Sequence record: MW825358.1
Length of the DNA stretch: 64,000 bases
Direction: 5' to 3' (one strand)
Of this stretch, positions 16,859-27,500 are shown in pieces. The position numbers and the translations under genes are program-made. A model generated the notes under the pieces. The model was not told the origin of the DNA. It did not search any database and worked only from the letters and a program-made list of their open reading frames with translations. Within the stretch, counting starts at the first letter, position 1. The number at the start of each line of letters is the position of its first letter.

Positions 16859-18616
16859 TTGACCATGGCAAGTACCGAACTGCTCTTGAAGATGAGCACG
16901 CGCGGGGCGGTGGTGCGGATGCTCAACGATGAGAACGGAACCTTGTTTCATGGAGGTACCGGTGGACCGTTGGAAATCTCCCAGCCACTTTCCCTAGGCG
17001 GTTTGCGCACGGAGGTCGAACTGACCGTCCGCCGACAACTGACCAAAAGCGACAACTTGCCGTATCCTGGGCAGTTGGCGTTTCGCTATAACCGCTTGGA
17101 TGTGGCAGGGACCTTGGCCGATCAGCTCAACGGCTTTCGCCCCACCATGCCCAGTTCCACCCAAGTCTTGCTCGATGAGTTGACCTCCCGCACCGGGATT
17201 GTCTTTGAGCTGGAAGACTTCATCTTAGAAGACATTGGGCGAGACAACGGGGCCCCTTACACGCTCAAGGCCAAGCCTGAGTCCTTGCGTTGGACAGGGG
17301 AGCTGCAGGTCATGCTCTTGGATCTGACCAATCTGGCCACGTATATCCCACCGGGTCTACCGCCTAGTCCGCCTACCTTGCAATTGACCAGCCCTGCGGT
17401 GAGCAGCGTCAACAACCAGCCGTATTTGAACGCCACTCCGTGGCGTAGCGCACTGGCAGGTATTGCATTGAATGAGGCGGTGGTCACTAACGCCCACCCG
17501 CTGTATACCTTGGTAGCCAACATTGTCGGTGTGCAAGGTCAGTACCTGCGCGATTCGACCAACCCGTGGAAAGTTCAAAGTGCTGCCACCACCTACAACC
17601 TCTACGGAGCGCGGTTGATCAGTCGGGACGAGGCGGCCACCAATGTCAATCCTTTGATTCCAGCTACCACCCGTGTGGCACGCGTGCGCTTGGGACCTCA
17701 AGACACTTTGTATGGGGTAAAGGATCTGCTACTGCCCTATGCCAACACTAGCTTTCAAACCAGCGAGTTTAACGACGTGCCGCGTTTGAAGGCCTCTGCC
17801 TTGATCAGTGCCTCCAATGGTACGGCGTGGAATAGCTGGCTGAACTCCCTCACCGCTCCGTCGATTATTACCGCACTGCCGCAAGGTATGGATCTTAGGA
17901 TCAGTGGTCCTGATCGTTGGGTGGCCGATCCGGCCAATCCCTCACCGACTAATCTGTACAACGCGGTGGTCCAGTATAATGGTCAGCGCCGCTCTTCAGA
18001 TCTTGAGCCCTATCACAGCGAATGCAATCGGGTGATCGTGCTGACGGTCAGTGAAGCCAATACGGCCTACCAAGGCAATATCATTTTCCACTACCGTTCA
18101 CCTATCGTCATCAACGATACACCGGCCAATGCGATCTATGGCTCGCGCTATGATTTTGATCTAGCACCGCAAGAAGGGGTGGCACCTTACACCATCCAAT
18201 TGGTCTCAGGGGCATTAGCACCAGGCCATTCGATCAGTCCGTTTCATCACATCGAAGGCAACACCACCACCACTGGCTTGTATAACGCGGTGATTGATGT
18301 GACAGATGCCAACGGGGTCAAGGTACGCTTTAACTTGTCCTATCGCGGGGTCATCGGACCGATCGTGGTCCAAGGCAATCCGCCTGTTGCCACACGCGGG
18401 GTTCCCTACAGTTTTGACTTTACAGTCTCTGGCGGGCGTCCTGAATACACCTATCGGTTGATTACAACCGCGCAAGGTTTAACACTGCCCAGTCCTTTTG
18501 TACCACATGTGGAAGGGACCTTTACCGGTGAGGCCGGGGCGCGCGTGTTTGCTTTGGAGGTCACTGACGTGGTGGGAACGGTCTACACGCACAGTTTCAC
18601 CGTGACGGTGATTTAA
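16859..18616 (+). CDS. Virion structural protein (phiKZ gp130-135-like) with two C-terminal Ig-like (He_PIG-type) domains
   Basis: FRYNRLDV motif, ADSLxW-like PESLRWTG, NLYNAVVQYNG; C-terminal GSRYDF...EGVAPYTI and GVPYSFDFTVSGGRPEYTY beta-sandwich repeats. Confidence 0.7.
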   Translation: MTMASTELLLKMSTRGAVVRMLNDENGTLFHGGTGGPLEISQPLSLGGLRTEVELTVRRQLTKSDNLPYPGQLAFRYNRLDVAGTLADQLNGFRPTMPSSTQVLLDELTSRTGIVFELEDFILEDIGRDNGAPYTLKAKPESLRWTGELQVMLLDLTNLATYIPPGLPPSPPTLQLTSPAVSSVNNQPYLNATPWRSALAGIALNEAVVTNAHPLYTLVANIVGVQGQYLRDSTNPWKVQSAATTYNLYGARLISRDEAATNVNPLIPATTRVARVRLGPQDTLYGVKDLLLPYANTSFQTSEFNDVPRLKASALISASNGTAWNSWLNSLTAPSIITALPQGMDLRISGPDRWVADPANPSPTNLYNAVVQYNGQRRSSDLEPYHSECNRVIVLTVSEANTAYQGNIIFHYRSPIVINDTPANAIYGSRYDFDLAPQEGVAPYTIQLVSGALAPGHSISPFHHIEGNTTTTGLYNAVIDVTDANGVKVRFNLSYRGVIGPIVVQGNPPVATRGVPYSFDFTVSGGRPEYTYRLITTAQGLTLPSPFVPHVEGTFTGEAGARVFALEVTDVVGTVYTHSFTVTVI

Positions 18617-18625
18617 GGAATCTCC

Positions 18626-19189
18626 ATGAGTAATCTTTCGCAATTTAGCGTCCTGAGCAAGACGGCTTTAGAGGCGGTAGTGAACTTGTTCTACTACGTC
18701 TTTACCCGCACGTTGAATCGGGACTTTGTTGAGTTCGCCTTGGACACCACCACCTCTGAGTTGGTGATCACCTCCAAGCAAGAGTCTGCCAGTGGTGAGG
18801 TGGGGATCTACCGTGGCTCGTATCGATGGCCTTACGGTAAAGCAAGCTTACAGCAAGTCCTACCGCATCCGTTGGCGGTGGAGATTGCCTATCCGGTCTC
18901 CTTCCGCTTACTGCGACAACAACTCCTGACTCGCTATGAGTTCTTGGTAGAAGAAGGCGAGTTGGATGTGGTGCAAGACGGGGTCGGGTTGCAAGATGAT
19001 CAAACCGTCAGTGCGGATCTGGCTAACTCCTATGGTCAACTGCGCCTGTATGCCACGTCCAAGTCTGGGCGCTTTGTGGCCAACAGTTATCTCACCTTGA
19101 TGTTCATCCAACCCAACACGCGTATTCCGCTGCGGGCGTTGCTGGACTTTAAGAGCGGGCCGACGTTGGGCGCGATGGTGGGAGCTTAA
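18626..19189 (+). CDS. Putative virion structural protein (paralog family)
   Basis: In the structural operon with RBS aagga; WPYGKASLQQVL matches the family motif. Confidence 0.65.
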   Translation: MSNLSQFSVLSKTALEAVVNLFYYVFTRTLNRDFVEFALDTTTSELVITSKQESASGEVGIYRGSYRWPYGKASLQQVLPHPLAVEIAYPVSFRLLRQQLLTRYEFLVEEGELDVVQDGVGLQDDQTVSADLANSYGQLRLYATSKSGRFVANSYLTLMFIQPNTRIPLRALLDFKSGPTLGAMVGA

Positions 19190-19190
19190 G

Positions 19191-19688
19191 ATGGCCGGTA
19201 CGAAGAATCTGTATAACGCCGATCCCCAGGAGGTCTTACTGGAGGCCATCCAGCAAAAGACGGGCGTGGTGTTGCAGATGAACTATCTGACTGCCACGGT
19301 CACTCCCATTAGTGGTACCCAAACCCGGGTTCGCTTTGAACCTAAGTTGGTAAATGGGTACTGCCCGTACGTAGACCCGATCGAACTGGTCATTGACAAG
19401 CTGAATCTGCAAAGTCGCCTGCCCAAGGACATGGTCTATAACGGCACCTGGCCTGCCACCTTTGAAACGCTGGCGCTGTTTATGATCAACAGCTACGGGC
19501 TGTTGGTTTTGCCGGACGAGTGGGAGTTGGTTTCTAATGGAACCACCGTTCCAATGAAAGGCGGTCAAGCAGTCAGTCCCACATTGGGTGGTGATCGGTA
19601 TGTGTCCTTGCGCACTACCACCCAGCACCCCTTGTTTGTTGCAGGGATGACATTTCAGATGTTTGTCACCTCCCCAACGGCGCAGTAA
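19191..19688 (+). CDS. Putative virion structural protein (paralog family)
   Basis: Translationally coupled to the previous gene; LVIDKLNLQSRL motif. Confidence 0.65.
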   Translation: MAGTKNLYNADPQEVLLEAIQQKTGVVLQMNYLTATVTPISGTQTRVRFEPKLVNGYCPYVDPIELVIDKLNLQSRLPKDMVYNGTWPATFETLALFMINSYGLLVLPDEWELVSNGTTVPMKGGQAVSPTLGGDRYVSLRTTTQHPLFVAGMTFQMFVTSPTAQ

Positions 19689-19692
19689 AACC

Positions 19693-19730
19693 CATAACGC
19701 CCCTCCCGTTTTCCGGGAGGGGCTTATGCC
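19693..19730 (+). terminator. Hairpin flanked by CATAA/TTATGCC
   Basis: gcccctcccg-ttttc-cgggaggggc (19699-19723). Confidence 0.7.
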
Positions 19731-19808
19731 GTAAAGGACCTGTCCTATCATGTGTAGTGCGTCAAGTAAGCACGAAATCTTTGTTAGACACGTGGAAGGC
19801 GATGTATC

Positions 19809-21095
19809 ATGAGTAAGCCATTACCCGGCATTTTTGCCGTGCTGCGCCAGTTGGAACTGACCAAAGCCGGCGTGGCCAAGTTGCACTTTGTCGTGGAGAC
19901 CGAAGAAGGTCTGCGACACCTGTCGGTGGATGAGTTTCTCAAGCTCATCTCATCTACAAAAGCACCCCAGCAGATTGCATTGGCCAATCCAGCTGTCGAT
20001 CCCAACGATCCGCAGATCTTGGCTCTGCAAAAGGCCATTGATGGACTGCGTGCCCAGGTCAATGAACGCATCACCGATCTGGAGCCCTACTACGTAGAGC
20101 AATCGCCGCAGGAAGCTTTTGTGCCTGATGAATCGGTGGCACTGGGAACAGATGCCTTGTTAGGTGGAGCGGTTGACCGTGAGAATGTGGCTATCGGTTT
20201 GTGTGCAGGCTTAAAGTTAGACGGTGATGGTAATGTGGCCATTGGTCCTTATGCCAGCCACGACGTGGACGGTGTGCTGACCGATACGGTAGCCATTGGT
20301 CGAGAGGCTATGGCCGATCTGAGCGGGGACTTTGAAAACGTGGTGGCCTTAGGTGCCTACACCCACCCATCAGGTTCTCACCAGGTGATTCTGGGCGATA
20401 CCCGCGCCAATGTCTACACTGCCTCCAGTCCGCAACGCCGCAACGATGCCCGCGACTTTACCCAGATCAAGGACAACCCGTTGGGGCTGGAATTCATCTT
20501 AGGGCTGCGCACGATTCAATATCAGGAAGATTTCCGCGAGCGGTATATCGACTGGGACAACAAGCCCATCGAACCCACAGCACCGGGCCCGGAACCTGAG
20601 CGGCCGCAGCTGGCGTTAAACGATCCTAACTACCAATCCACGGTGGTGTCCTATCGACTGCAAAAGTCCAATTGGGACAAACAAGTGGCGCAGTATGAAA
20701 TTGACATGGCCACCTATGTCAGCAATTTGGACCAATGGGTCAAAGACAACCAGATGCACCGCTTGAACCCGGATGGGTCCAAGGCGGGTAAGCGCATCCA
20801 TTTAGGGTTGGCCCAAGGCCAGCTTAAGCAGCAGATCGAACGGACGGGTCTGGATCTGGCCATGATTCAAGACCACGCAGTGGCAGGCGGTGCTTCAGTG
20901 CAAACCATTGCCGATGTTGAAGCCATCGCCCCGTTGATCAAGGCCGTCCAAGAACTCCATGCCGAACTGCACAGTGCCACGACTATCGATCGACTGGCCA
21001 GTGCACTGATGCAACGTCACACTGAACTGACCGAACAGGCCATCGCCGAGCTGTCCTCTGCGGCAGCGGCTTTATCCTCGGCAAAAGCTGAGTAA
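19809..21095 (+). CDS. Tail fibre/spike with YadA-head-like repeats and a degenerate S74-type chaperone
   Basis: NVAIG/NVAIG/TVAIG/VVALG repeats; NDARDFTQIKDNPLGLEFILGLRTIQY, HLGLAQ and IAPLIKAVQEL resemble the S74 intramolecular chaperone. Confidence 0.72.
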   Translation: MSKPLPGIFAVLRQLELTKAGVAKLHFVVETEEGLRHLSVDEFLKLISSTKAPQQIALANPAVDPNDPQILALQKAIDGLRAQVNERITDLEPYYVEQSPQEAFVPDESVALGTDALLGGAVDRENVAIGLCAGLKLDGDGNVAIGPYASHDVDGVLTDTVAIGREAMADLSGDFENVVALGAYTHPSGSHQVILGDTRANVYTASSPQRRNDARDFTQIKDNPLGLEFILGLRTIQYQEDFRERYIDWDNKPIEPTAPGPEPERPQLALNDPNYQSTVVSYRLQKSNWDKQVAQYEIDMATYVSNLDQWVKDNQMHRLNPDGSKAGKRIHLGLAQGQLKQQIERTGLDLAMIQDHAVAGGASVQTIADVEAIAPLIKAVQELHAELHSATTIDRLASALMQRHTELTEQAIAELSSAAAALSSAKAE

Positions 21096-21131
21096 GTATT
21101 TACGTAAGTATTCAACAAGGCGCCTCCGAAC

Positions 21132-24100
21132 ATGTCTTTACTTCTTAAAAGTTTGAGTGGCCTGGCTTCGTTGAGTGTTGAAGAACTGCTCTCCACCCAA
21201 CGCTTTACCGTAATCACCCCTGAGGGTCTGTTCAATGTCACAATGGGTAACCTCACCGAAGCTGCCACCGCTGCAATCAATGCGCGTGTGGATGCACTGA
21301 GTGATGCCATTAGTAATGGAACAGGCCCTTCGATTTGGCCCACCCCGCGCACCTTGAGTCTGACCGGCCTGGTAACAGGTTCGGTCAGCTTTGATGGTAG
21401 CGGTAATATGTCTTTGGCCACCTCGATCGCAGATGGGGCCATTGCACAAGCCAAGGTCAATGGGTTGGTTGCCAAGCTCAACGAAATCGGCACTGCCACC
21501 AATAACCGTTGGGGCACCGGCTATACCACAGGACCCAGCCCTACCACCTACAGTGGTGATCTGAACCTGCTCTCTGGTGCTACCTTTATCCAGACCAACA
21601 GCTCCACCAGTTCAGTCCCTGAAAGTGGCGGGGACTTTACGATCTTAAGTAACGGCCCGACCAACACTTCCCATCAGTTAGCTTTGCGCAGTGGCGAGAT
21701 GTGGCTGCGCTCACAAGCCGCTGGTGCGTGGACCTCGACCTGGCACAAGTTCTGGACCAGTGATAATCTGGATCCGTCGGTGCTGCTGCTCAAGACAGAC
21801 ACGGCAAGCTCAGCCACCAAGTTGGCTACGGCGCGCAATATCTCCGCCACCGGTGTGATCACCGCCGGCGCACAGATGTTTGATGGCACGCAAAATGTGG
21901 TGCTCAACACCGCCATTGCAGATGGTGCTTTGTCCATCGCCAAAGTCTCAGGACTGCAGAGCGCGCTCAATACCAAGTATGAGCTACGTGGGCAGATTGC
22001 GGTCAGTACCAATCTCAACACCCTTACTACCTCGGGTTTGTACTTACAAGCCACGGCCTCTGAGGCGAGCACGGGCAACAACTACCCGGTAGCTAATCTG
22101 CCGGGTATCTTGCGTATTACCACCCAAGGTACGTTGACCGTTCAAGAATACATCACCAACACCAACGTCCAGTATCGCAGGTTCTACACCGGCTCAAGCT
22201 GGAGCACCTGGAATAAAGCTTGGACCGCTGCAGATTTTGATCCTGCGGCCAAGGCCAACTTAAGCGGGGCGAACTTCACTGGTGGCATCACAGCACCAGG
22301 GGTGACCGTCAATGGTGATCTGACAGCCAATGCGATGTATGCTGGCAGCTACCAATCGCGCGGGGATGCCAATCGCTGGGTCATCCAGTCTTTGGCTGGA
22401 AGTCCAGGCTTTGCACCTCGTGGTGGTTTGTGGCAAGACGACACGGGTATCTCGCTGGTCAGTAACTTTGGCGGAGTGTGGGTTCCTTTAAGTATCACCA
22501 ATGATGCGCAGTTGTACTTCAACGACAATGCGGTCTACCATGCGGGCAACTACAACCCGGCCATGCCGGTGCCCTCAGGGGGTGTGCTGAACATCGGCGA
22601 TACCGCAGGGACCCATTTGCGTTTCCGCAATGACGGTAAGTACACCATTAATGGCGGCACGACTTGGCGAGATCTCAATGAATCTCCTCAGGCCGTTACT
22701 GATCCGTTGTTTAACTCGGTGAGCATCGGTGCCGATACTGACATCCGGTTGTATGAAGACAATACCGCAGGGACGTTGTTGCTGCGCACAGGCAATTCCA
22801 CCGCGTACAGCTACTTCAACTTTGGCGGCAACGGTAATCTGACTGTTCCCGGACGGATCTACGCCCAAGGTAGCGGCGAGGTATGGCATTCTGGTAACTT
22901 CAATCCTGACAACAAGCTTGGGGTTAATGCCACTGCTGCCGCTGCAACCAAGCTGGCTACAGCCCGGACGATCAATGGCGTGGCCTTTGATGGTACCCAG
23001 AACATCACCATCACTGCGGCCGCCACAGTTCCAGATAGCCCTACATTCACCGGTTCGACTTGGTTTGACGTCAATAACGGTTCCACCGCCATGGGTGTGA
23101 TCCGTGAGTACGGCACCACGGGCGTTGCCTTTGATGCGGTTAATGCAGCCAACAACGCATACGCGCCGTTGAACTTCACCGCCACTGCACTGACGTTCAA
23201 CACCCAGACCATCTGGCACGCAGGGAATTTCAATCCGGCCAGTAAGGCCAATCTGGACTCCCCTTCGTTTACCGGACCGGTCATCTCCACCTATGGTTCT
23301 CTTCGCGCGCAAGGCTGGGCAGGCACTGCCACCAACGGTGTGTTGTACCTCAGTAGTACCGACTCGTATATCTTCAAGAATGGAAGTTTCTTCAGCTTCA
23401 AGAATGCAGAAGGTGCTTTTGAGGCGACATTGAACGCCGGCGGCACGATCTGGACTGCGAATAACTTCAGTCCTGCCAGTAAGTTGAACTATCGTGCACC
23501 GCTTGATGTTAACTGCGCCACTCCTTCCGGTAATGACTGGAATAACGCCACCACCAATGGTTGGTGGATGGCTAGCGGTGCGGCCAATGCACCAGGGGGT
23601 GGGACCGGTTGGTTCTTAGGTACGGTGACTGTCCATAACGGCAGTTGGGTTCAGCAAGAGGTGCGTGATTTTACCGCAGGTGTTAACGGAACCAAGTGGC
23701 GTCGCTGGCGCTTGGCCGATACCTGGAGTGCTTGGACGCAAGATGAGTTCTTTGGCGGGGCTGTCAGTGCCAACCGTTTCTTTGCCGGGTGGGATTCTGG
23801 CAACAACAACTCGATCTCTTGTTCCAACTGGTTCCGTTCCTCTGGTAATACCGGGTTGTACTTTAACGACTACGGCGGCGGTGTGTACATGCAAGACAGC
23901 ACGTATGTGCGCACGTACAACAACAAGGCCATGGCCGCGTCGTGGTTCCAATCGACAGGTGGTTTTGCGCCAGGTGGTAGTGCTGAAAATGCTGCGTTCC
24001 GCGCCACAGGTAGTTTCGGTGGTGGCTATGGTTTGATTGACGGTTCCTACCAAATTACCATGTATTCCAACACCGGTAATTTGATGTTTGCCTTTGGTCA

Positions 24101-24491
24101 AAACGGCGTTAGCACCAAAGCTCAGTTAAATGCCGATGGTACGATGTATGCCAACGACTACGCTTTGAACTCTGACGCTACGTTAAAGACTGAGGTGAGT
24201 GATCTGGTCTTTACGGGTCGGTTGCGTCCGGTGTCCTTCCAGTGGATTGAGTCAGGCAAGTTCGACTTTGGCTTTATCGCTCAGGAAGTGCAAGCACTGT
24301 ACCCTGATGCGGTGGAGCTGGACGAACTGTCCGGCAAGCTGCGGTTGAAGCAACAGAAGTTGGTGGCCGTTGTGGCCGCCCAGGCCAATCAGAACAGTGA
24401 TGACATTGACGCTCTGAAGGGGCGCTTGGCATTAGTTGAGGCTCAGTTGGCTGAAATGAAAGAACTGGTTGCCGCGTTGCGCAGTCAGTGA
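21132..24491 (+). CDS. Long tail fibre protein with C-terminal peptidase S74 chaperone
   Basis: KLATARTI...FDGT.N repeats, WHAGNFNP knots, gp53-like/pyocin-knob segments; NSDATLKTEV...GFIAQEVQALYP...coiled coil. Confidence 0.9.
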   Translation: MSLLLKSLSGLASLSVEELLSTQRFTVITPEGLFNVTMGNLTEAATAAINARVDALSDAISNGTGPSIWPTPRTLSLTGLVTGSVSFDGSGNMSLATSIADGAIAQAKVNGLVAKLNEIGTATNNRWGTGYTTGPSPTTYSGDLNLLSGATFIQTNSSTSSVPESGGDFTILSNGPTNTSHQLALRSGEMWLRSQAAGAWTSTWHKFWTSDNLDPSVLLLKTDTASSATKLATARNISATGVITAGAQMFDGTQNVVLNTAIADGALSIAKVSGLQSALNTKYELRGQIAVSTNLNTLTTSGLYLQATASEASTGNNYPVANLPGILRITTQGTLTVQEYITNTNVQYRRFYTGSSWSTWNKAWTAADFDPAAKANLSGANFTGGITAPGVTVNGDLTANAMYAGSYQSRGDANRWVIQSLAGSPGFAPRGGLWQDDTGISLVSNFGGVWVPLSITNDAQLYFNDNAVYHAGNYNPAMPVPSGGVLNIGDTAGTHLRFRNDGKYTINGGTTWRDLNESPQAVTDPLFNSVSIGADTDIRLYEDNTAGTLLLRTGNSTAYSYFNFGGNGNLTVPGRIYAQGSGEVWHSGNFNPDNKLGVNATAAAATKLATARTINGVAFDGTQNITITAAATVPDSPTFTGSTWFDVNNGSTAMGVIREYGTTGVAFDAVNAANNAYAPLNFTATALTFNTQTIWHAGNFNPASKANLDSPSFTGPVISTYGSLRAQGWAGTATNGVLYLSSTDSYIFKNGSFFSFKNAEGAFEATLNAGGTIWTANNFSPASKLNYRAPLDVNCATPSGNDWNNATTNGWWMASGAANAPGGGTGWFLGTVTVHNGSWVQQEVRDFTAGVNGTKWRRWRLADTWSAWTQDEFFGGAVSANRFFAGWDSGNNNSISCSNWFRSSGNTGLYFNDYGGGVYMQDSTYVRTYNNKAMAASWFQSTGGFAPGGSAENAAFRATGSFGGGYGLIDGSYQITMYSNTGNLMFAFGQNGVSTKAQLNADGTMYANDYALNSDATLKTEVSDLVFTGRLRPVSFQWIESGKFDFGFIAQEVQALYPDAVELDELSGKLRLKQQKLVAVVAAQANQNSDDIDALKGRLALVEAQLAEMKELVAALRSQ

Positions 24492-24526
24492 CATAACGCC
24501 CCCTAGGGAAACCTAGGGGGCTTTCT
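24492..24526 (+). terminator. Terminator with upstream CATAA box
   Basis: gccccctagg-gaaa-cctagggggc, then tttctt. Confidence 0.75.
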
Positions 24527-24546
24527 TGCGTACCAAGGACACAACC

Positions 24547-27500
24547 ATGTTCAAATATCTCAGTCTGGCCGGATTAGACTTCACCGATGAGGTGTTGGCT
24601 GGCCAGCATGTGACCGTGCGCACCGGGCCGGGGGACGATGACTTTGTCAATGTCTTGCTCGGTGATTTCCGTACCTTCATGACCGAATTGGTCCAGCAGC
24701 GGATCGATGATTTGGCTGGAGAGATCGGGGATAACACAGGACCTTCGATTTGGCCGGCTTTGCGTACGATGACCCTGGTAGGGCCCATCGGTGGTACGGT
24801 CTCCTTTGACGGTTCTAGCGACTTTACCTTGTTCACCACCGTAGCAGATAATGCGCTGCCTATTTCTAAGGTGGATGGTCTTCAAGGGATTTTAGATTCC
24901 TTGCAGCAAGGCGGTGTGATCGAAGCGGCTAATAAACTGGCCACGGCACGCACCATTGCCCTGTCGGGTCTGGTGACAGGCTCGGTAGCCTTTGACGGTA
25001 GCCAGAACGTTTCCATTGCCACCTCTATTGCAGATGGTGCTTTAACGTTGGCCAAGGTGTCTGGACTGAATAGTGCGTTGGATGCCAAGGCACCGCTCAA
25101 CGCACCTACCTTCACCGGCTTGGTTACCACCAAAGGTCCGTCCCTTGACGTATGGGCCCAAGACGCTAGTTCCTCTGCTGGAGTGATCTTCCGTAACTCC
25201 ACCGGACAAGAACAAGGGTGTTTGTTCTGGGACCCCACCACCGACACCATGACGTTAAGGCGCACCGCCGATGGCGGCGTAGGGGCAGCAGGCGAGTTGG
25301 TCATTTATAATGACCGCATGACCTTGAACGGTAACAACCTGTGGCATGCAGGCAATTTCAACCCAGCTACTGTAGGGTACTTGAGTAACGTTGCTACGAC
25401 CTATGAATCCGGGGCCAATGCGAATGCGTTGACCGCAGGCTCCAAGGCCATGATGCACAATAGCAATGCCAATACCCCAGGGACGGCATCGACTTATTGG
25501 TACATCGAAACTTTGATGATTGGCGCATCTAGTACCAATTTGTTGCAGCGTGCTTATGCGGTGGTGGGCGATGATGCCTATACGCGTTACTGCACTGCAG
25601 GGACGTGGGGTTCGTGGCGTCGGGTCTGGAATAGCTCCAACTTTACCCCGACCAGCAAGTTAGACAGCAATGCCAACGCCGTATCAGCCTCAAAGCTCGT
25701 CAGTGCGCGTACAATCGCGCTCACGGGCCTTGTGACGGCCACCGGTAGCTTCGATGGCAGTGATAACCTCTCGCTTGCTACGAGCATTGCAGACGGGGCT
25801 CTGTCGATTGCTAAAGTGTCTGGCTTGCAGACCGCCTTGAACAATCTGGCTGCCAAGAACGGCGCGACCTTAACCAACAGTACCTTGGCAGGCACCACCA
25901 CAGTCACCGGCGATATCATCCCTGATGTGGACAATGTCCATTCGTTGGGTGCTCCGGATAAGATGTGGCGGGACATGTACATCGGTCCTGGCTCTTTGTA
26001 CATTAACGGACAAAAGGTCTTAGAAGAGAACGACGGTACGATCCGCATGACGGCCGATCCTGGCCAGAACATCGCGGTACAGACCACCGGCTCAGGTGAT
26101 ATCGAACTGGCCCCGCAAGGTACTGGTTTAATTCAGCTCAAAGGCCCGGTCAGTTTCTTGGGTGGACAGAAAATTCGCACCTCCAATGGCTCGCCGCTGT
26201 TGTTTGACGAAGAACTTCAGTTCACGGCCGGGAACGGGATTGTCGGTGGGTTGACCATTGATGGCTCCGCTGCCTGGCATGCCGGTAATCAGCTGGCCTT
26301 GGGCACCACCCAGTCTGCAGCACGTACCGCCCTGGCTTTGGTGCCTGGGACCAACGTGCAGGCCTACAGTGCGAATCTGACCAGCTGGGCAGGGATTGAT
26401 CCGGCCTCTAAGGTCGATGTGGTCTCCTTAAGTGGGCAAGATAGCCGGGCTGAACAGGGCATTGGTGCTATCCGCACAGATCAAGGGGCACCGACGTTCT
26501 ATCAAGCTAGCGCACCGGTCATTACCGGTGAGCGTCGCAATCGCTTTACGGTCACAGACGCACGTACGGCTGCCATTACGATTCCTGTGGGTTCTTCTAC
26601 CGCAGTGGTATCTTTGGATGCCGATGCTTACGCTCCAGATGGTTCTAAGAGCGTGCGCAAGATCGTCAATACTGCGGCAGGTACGTATCGTTGGGGCAAT
26701 ACCGCCTCTGGTACGGCAGGGGTTAGCTATACTGGCTCGATCTATGTCCGATCGGCAGATGGCGTCTCCCGTAGCGGTAGTTTGAACATCAACGACTCAG
26801 GTAGCAATAAGAGCATCACGGTGACCGGTAAATGGCAACGTGTGTTCCACAGTGGCGCACATGCAAGTCAGACCAATCATTTCTTAGATCTGATTTTGCC
26901 GGCAGGTAACTACCACGTCTATGGCGTTCAGTTTGAGCTGGGTGAGCTGTCTGCCTATCAAGGTGTGCGCTCGACCACCGATTATGATGGCTCAGGTTTG
27001 CCGGTCGGTACCACTTGGTTCAACACGGCCGATGGTAACAAGCCCAGTCGTTATGATGGTAGCGCGTTTGTGGATGTCTCTGATATCCGCACCTCTGCCA
27101 CCGTTCCCACGGCCCGTGGCGGTACTGGCCTGACTTCTTTTACGGCCAACCGATTGTTCTACGCCACTGACGCAGCCACCATGGGACAACTGGCTGCCAC
27201 GGCGAACACCGTGGTGATTCATAACTCCTCTGGTGTGCCCACTGCCAGCACTACCTTACCCAGTGCGTTGAGCATTGGCGATATCCGTATCGGCAATAAC
27301 AACTCCTTGTCGGCAGCAGGTACCAACCTTAGTACCGCCACCGCCATTGCATGGGACTATGCGCGTATTATGACCGCCACGGCAGGTCAGGGTGTACGTC
27401 TACCTTCCCCAGGCGGTGGTAAACAAGTGCGTTTGTACAACGGCTCGGGTGTGGCAGTCAATGTGTATCCGACCAATACAAGCCAATCCATCGACAATCT

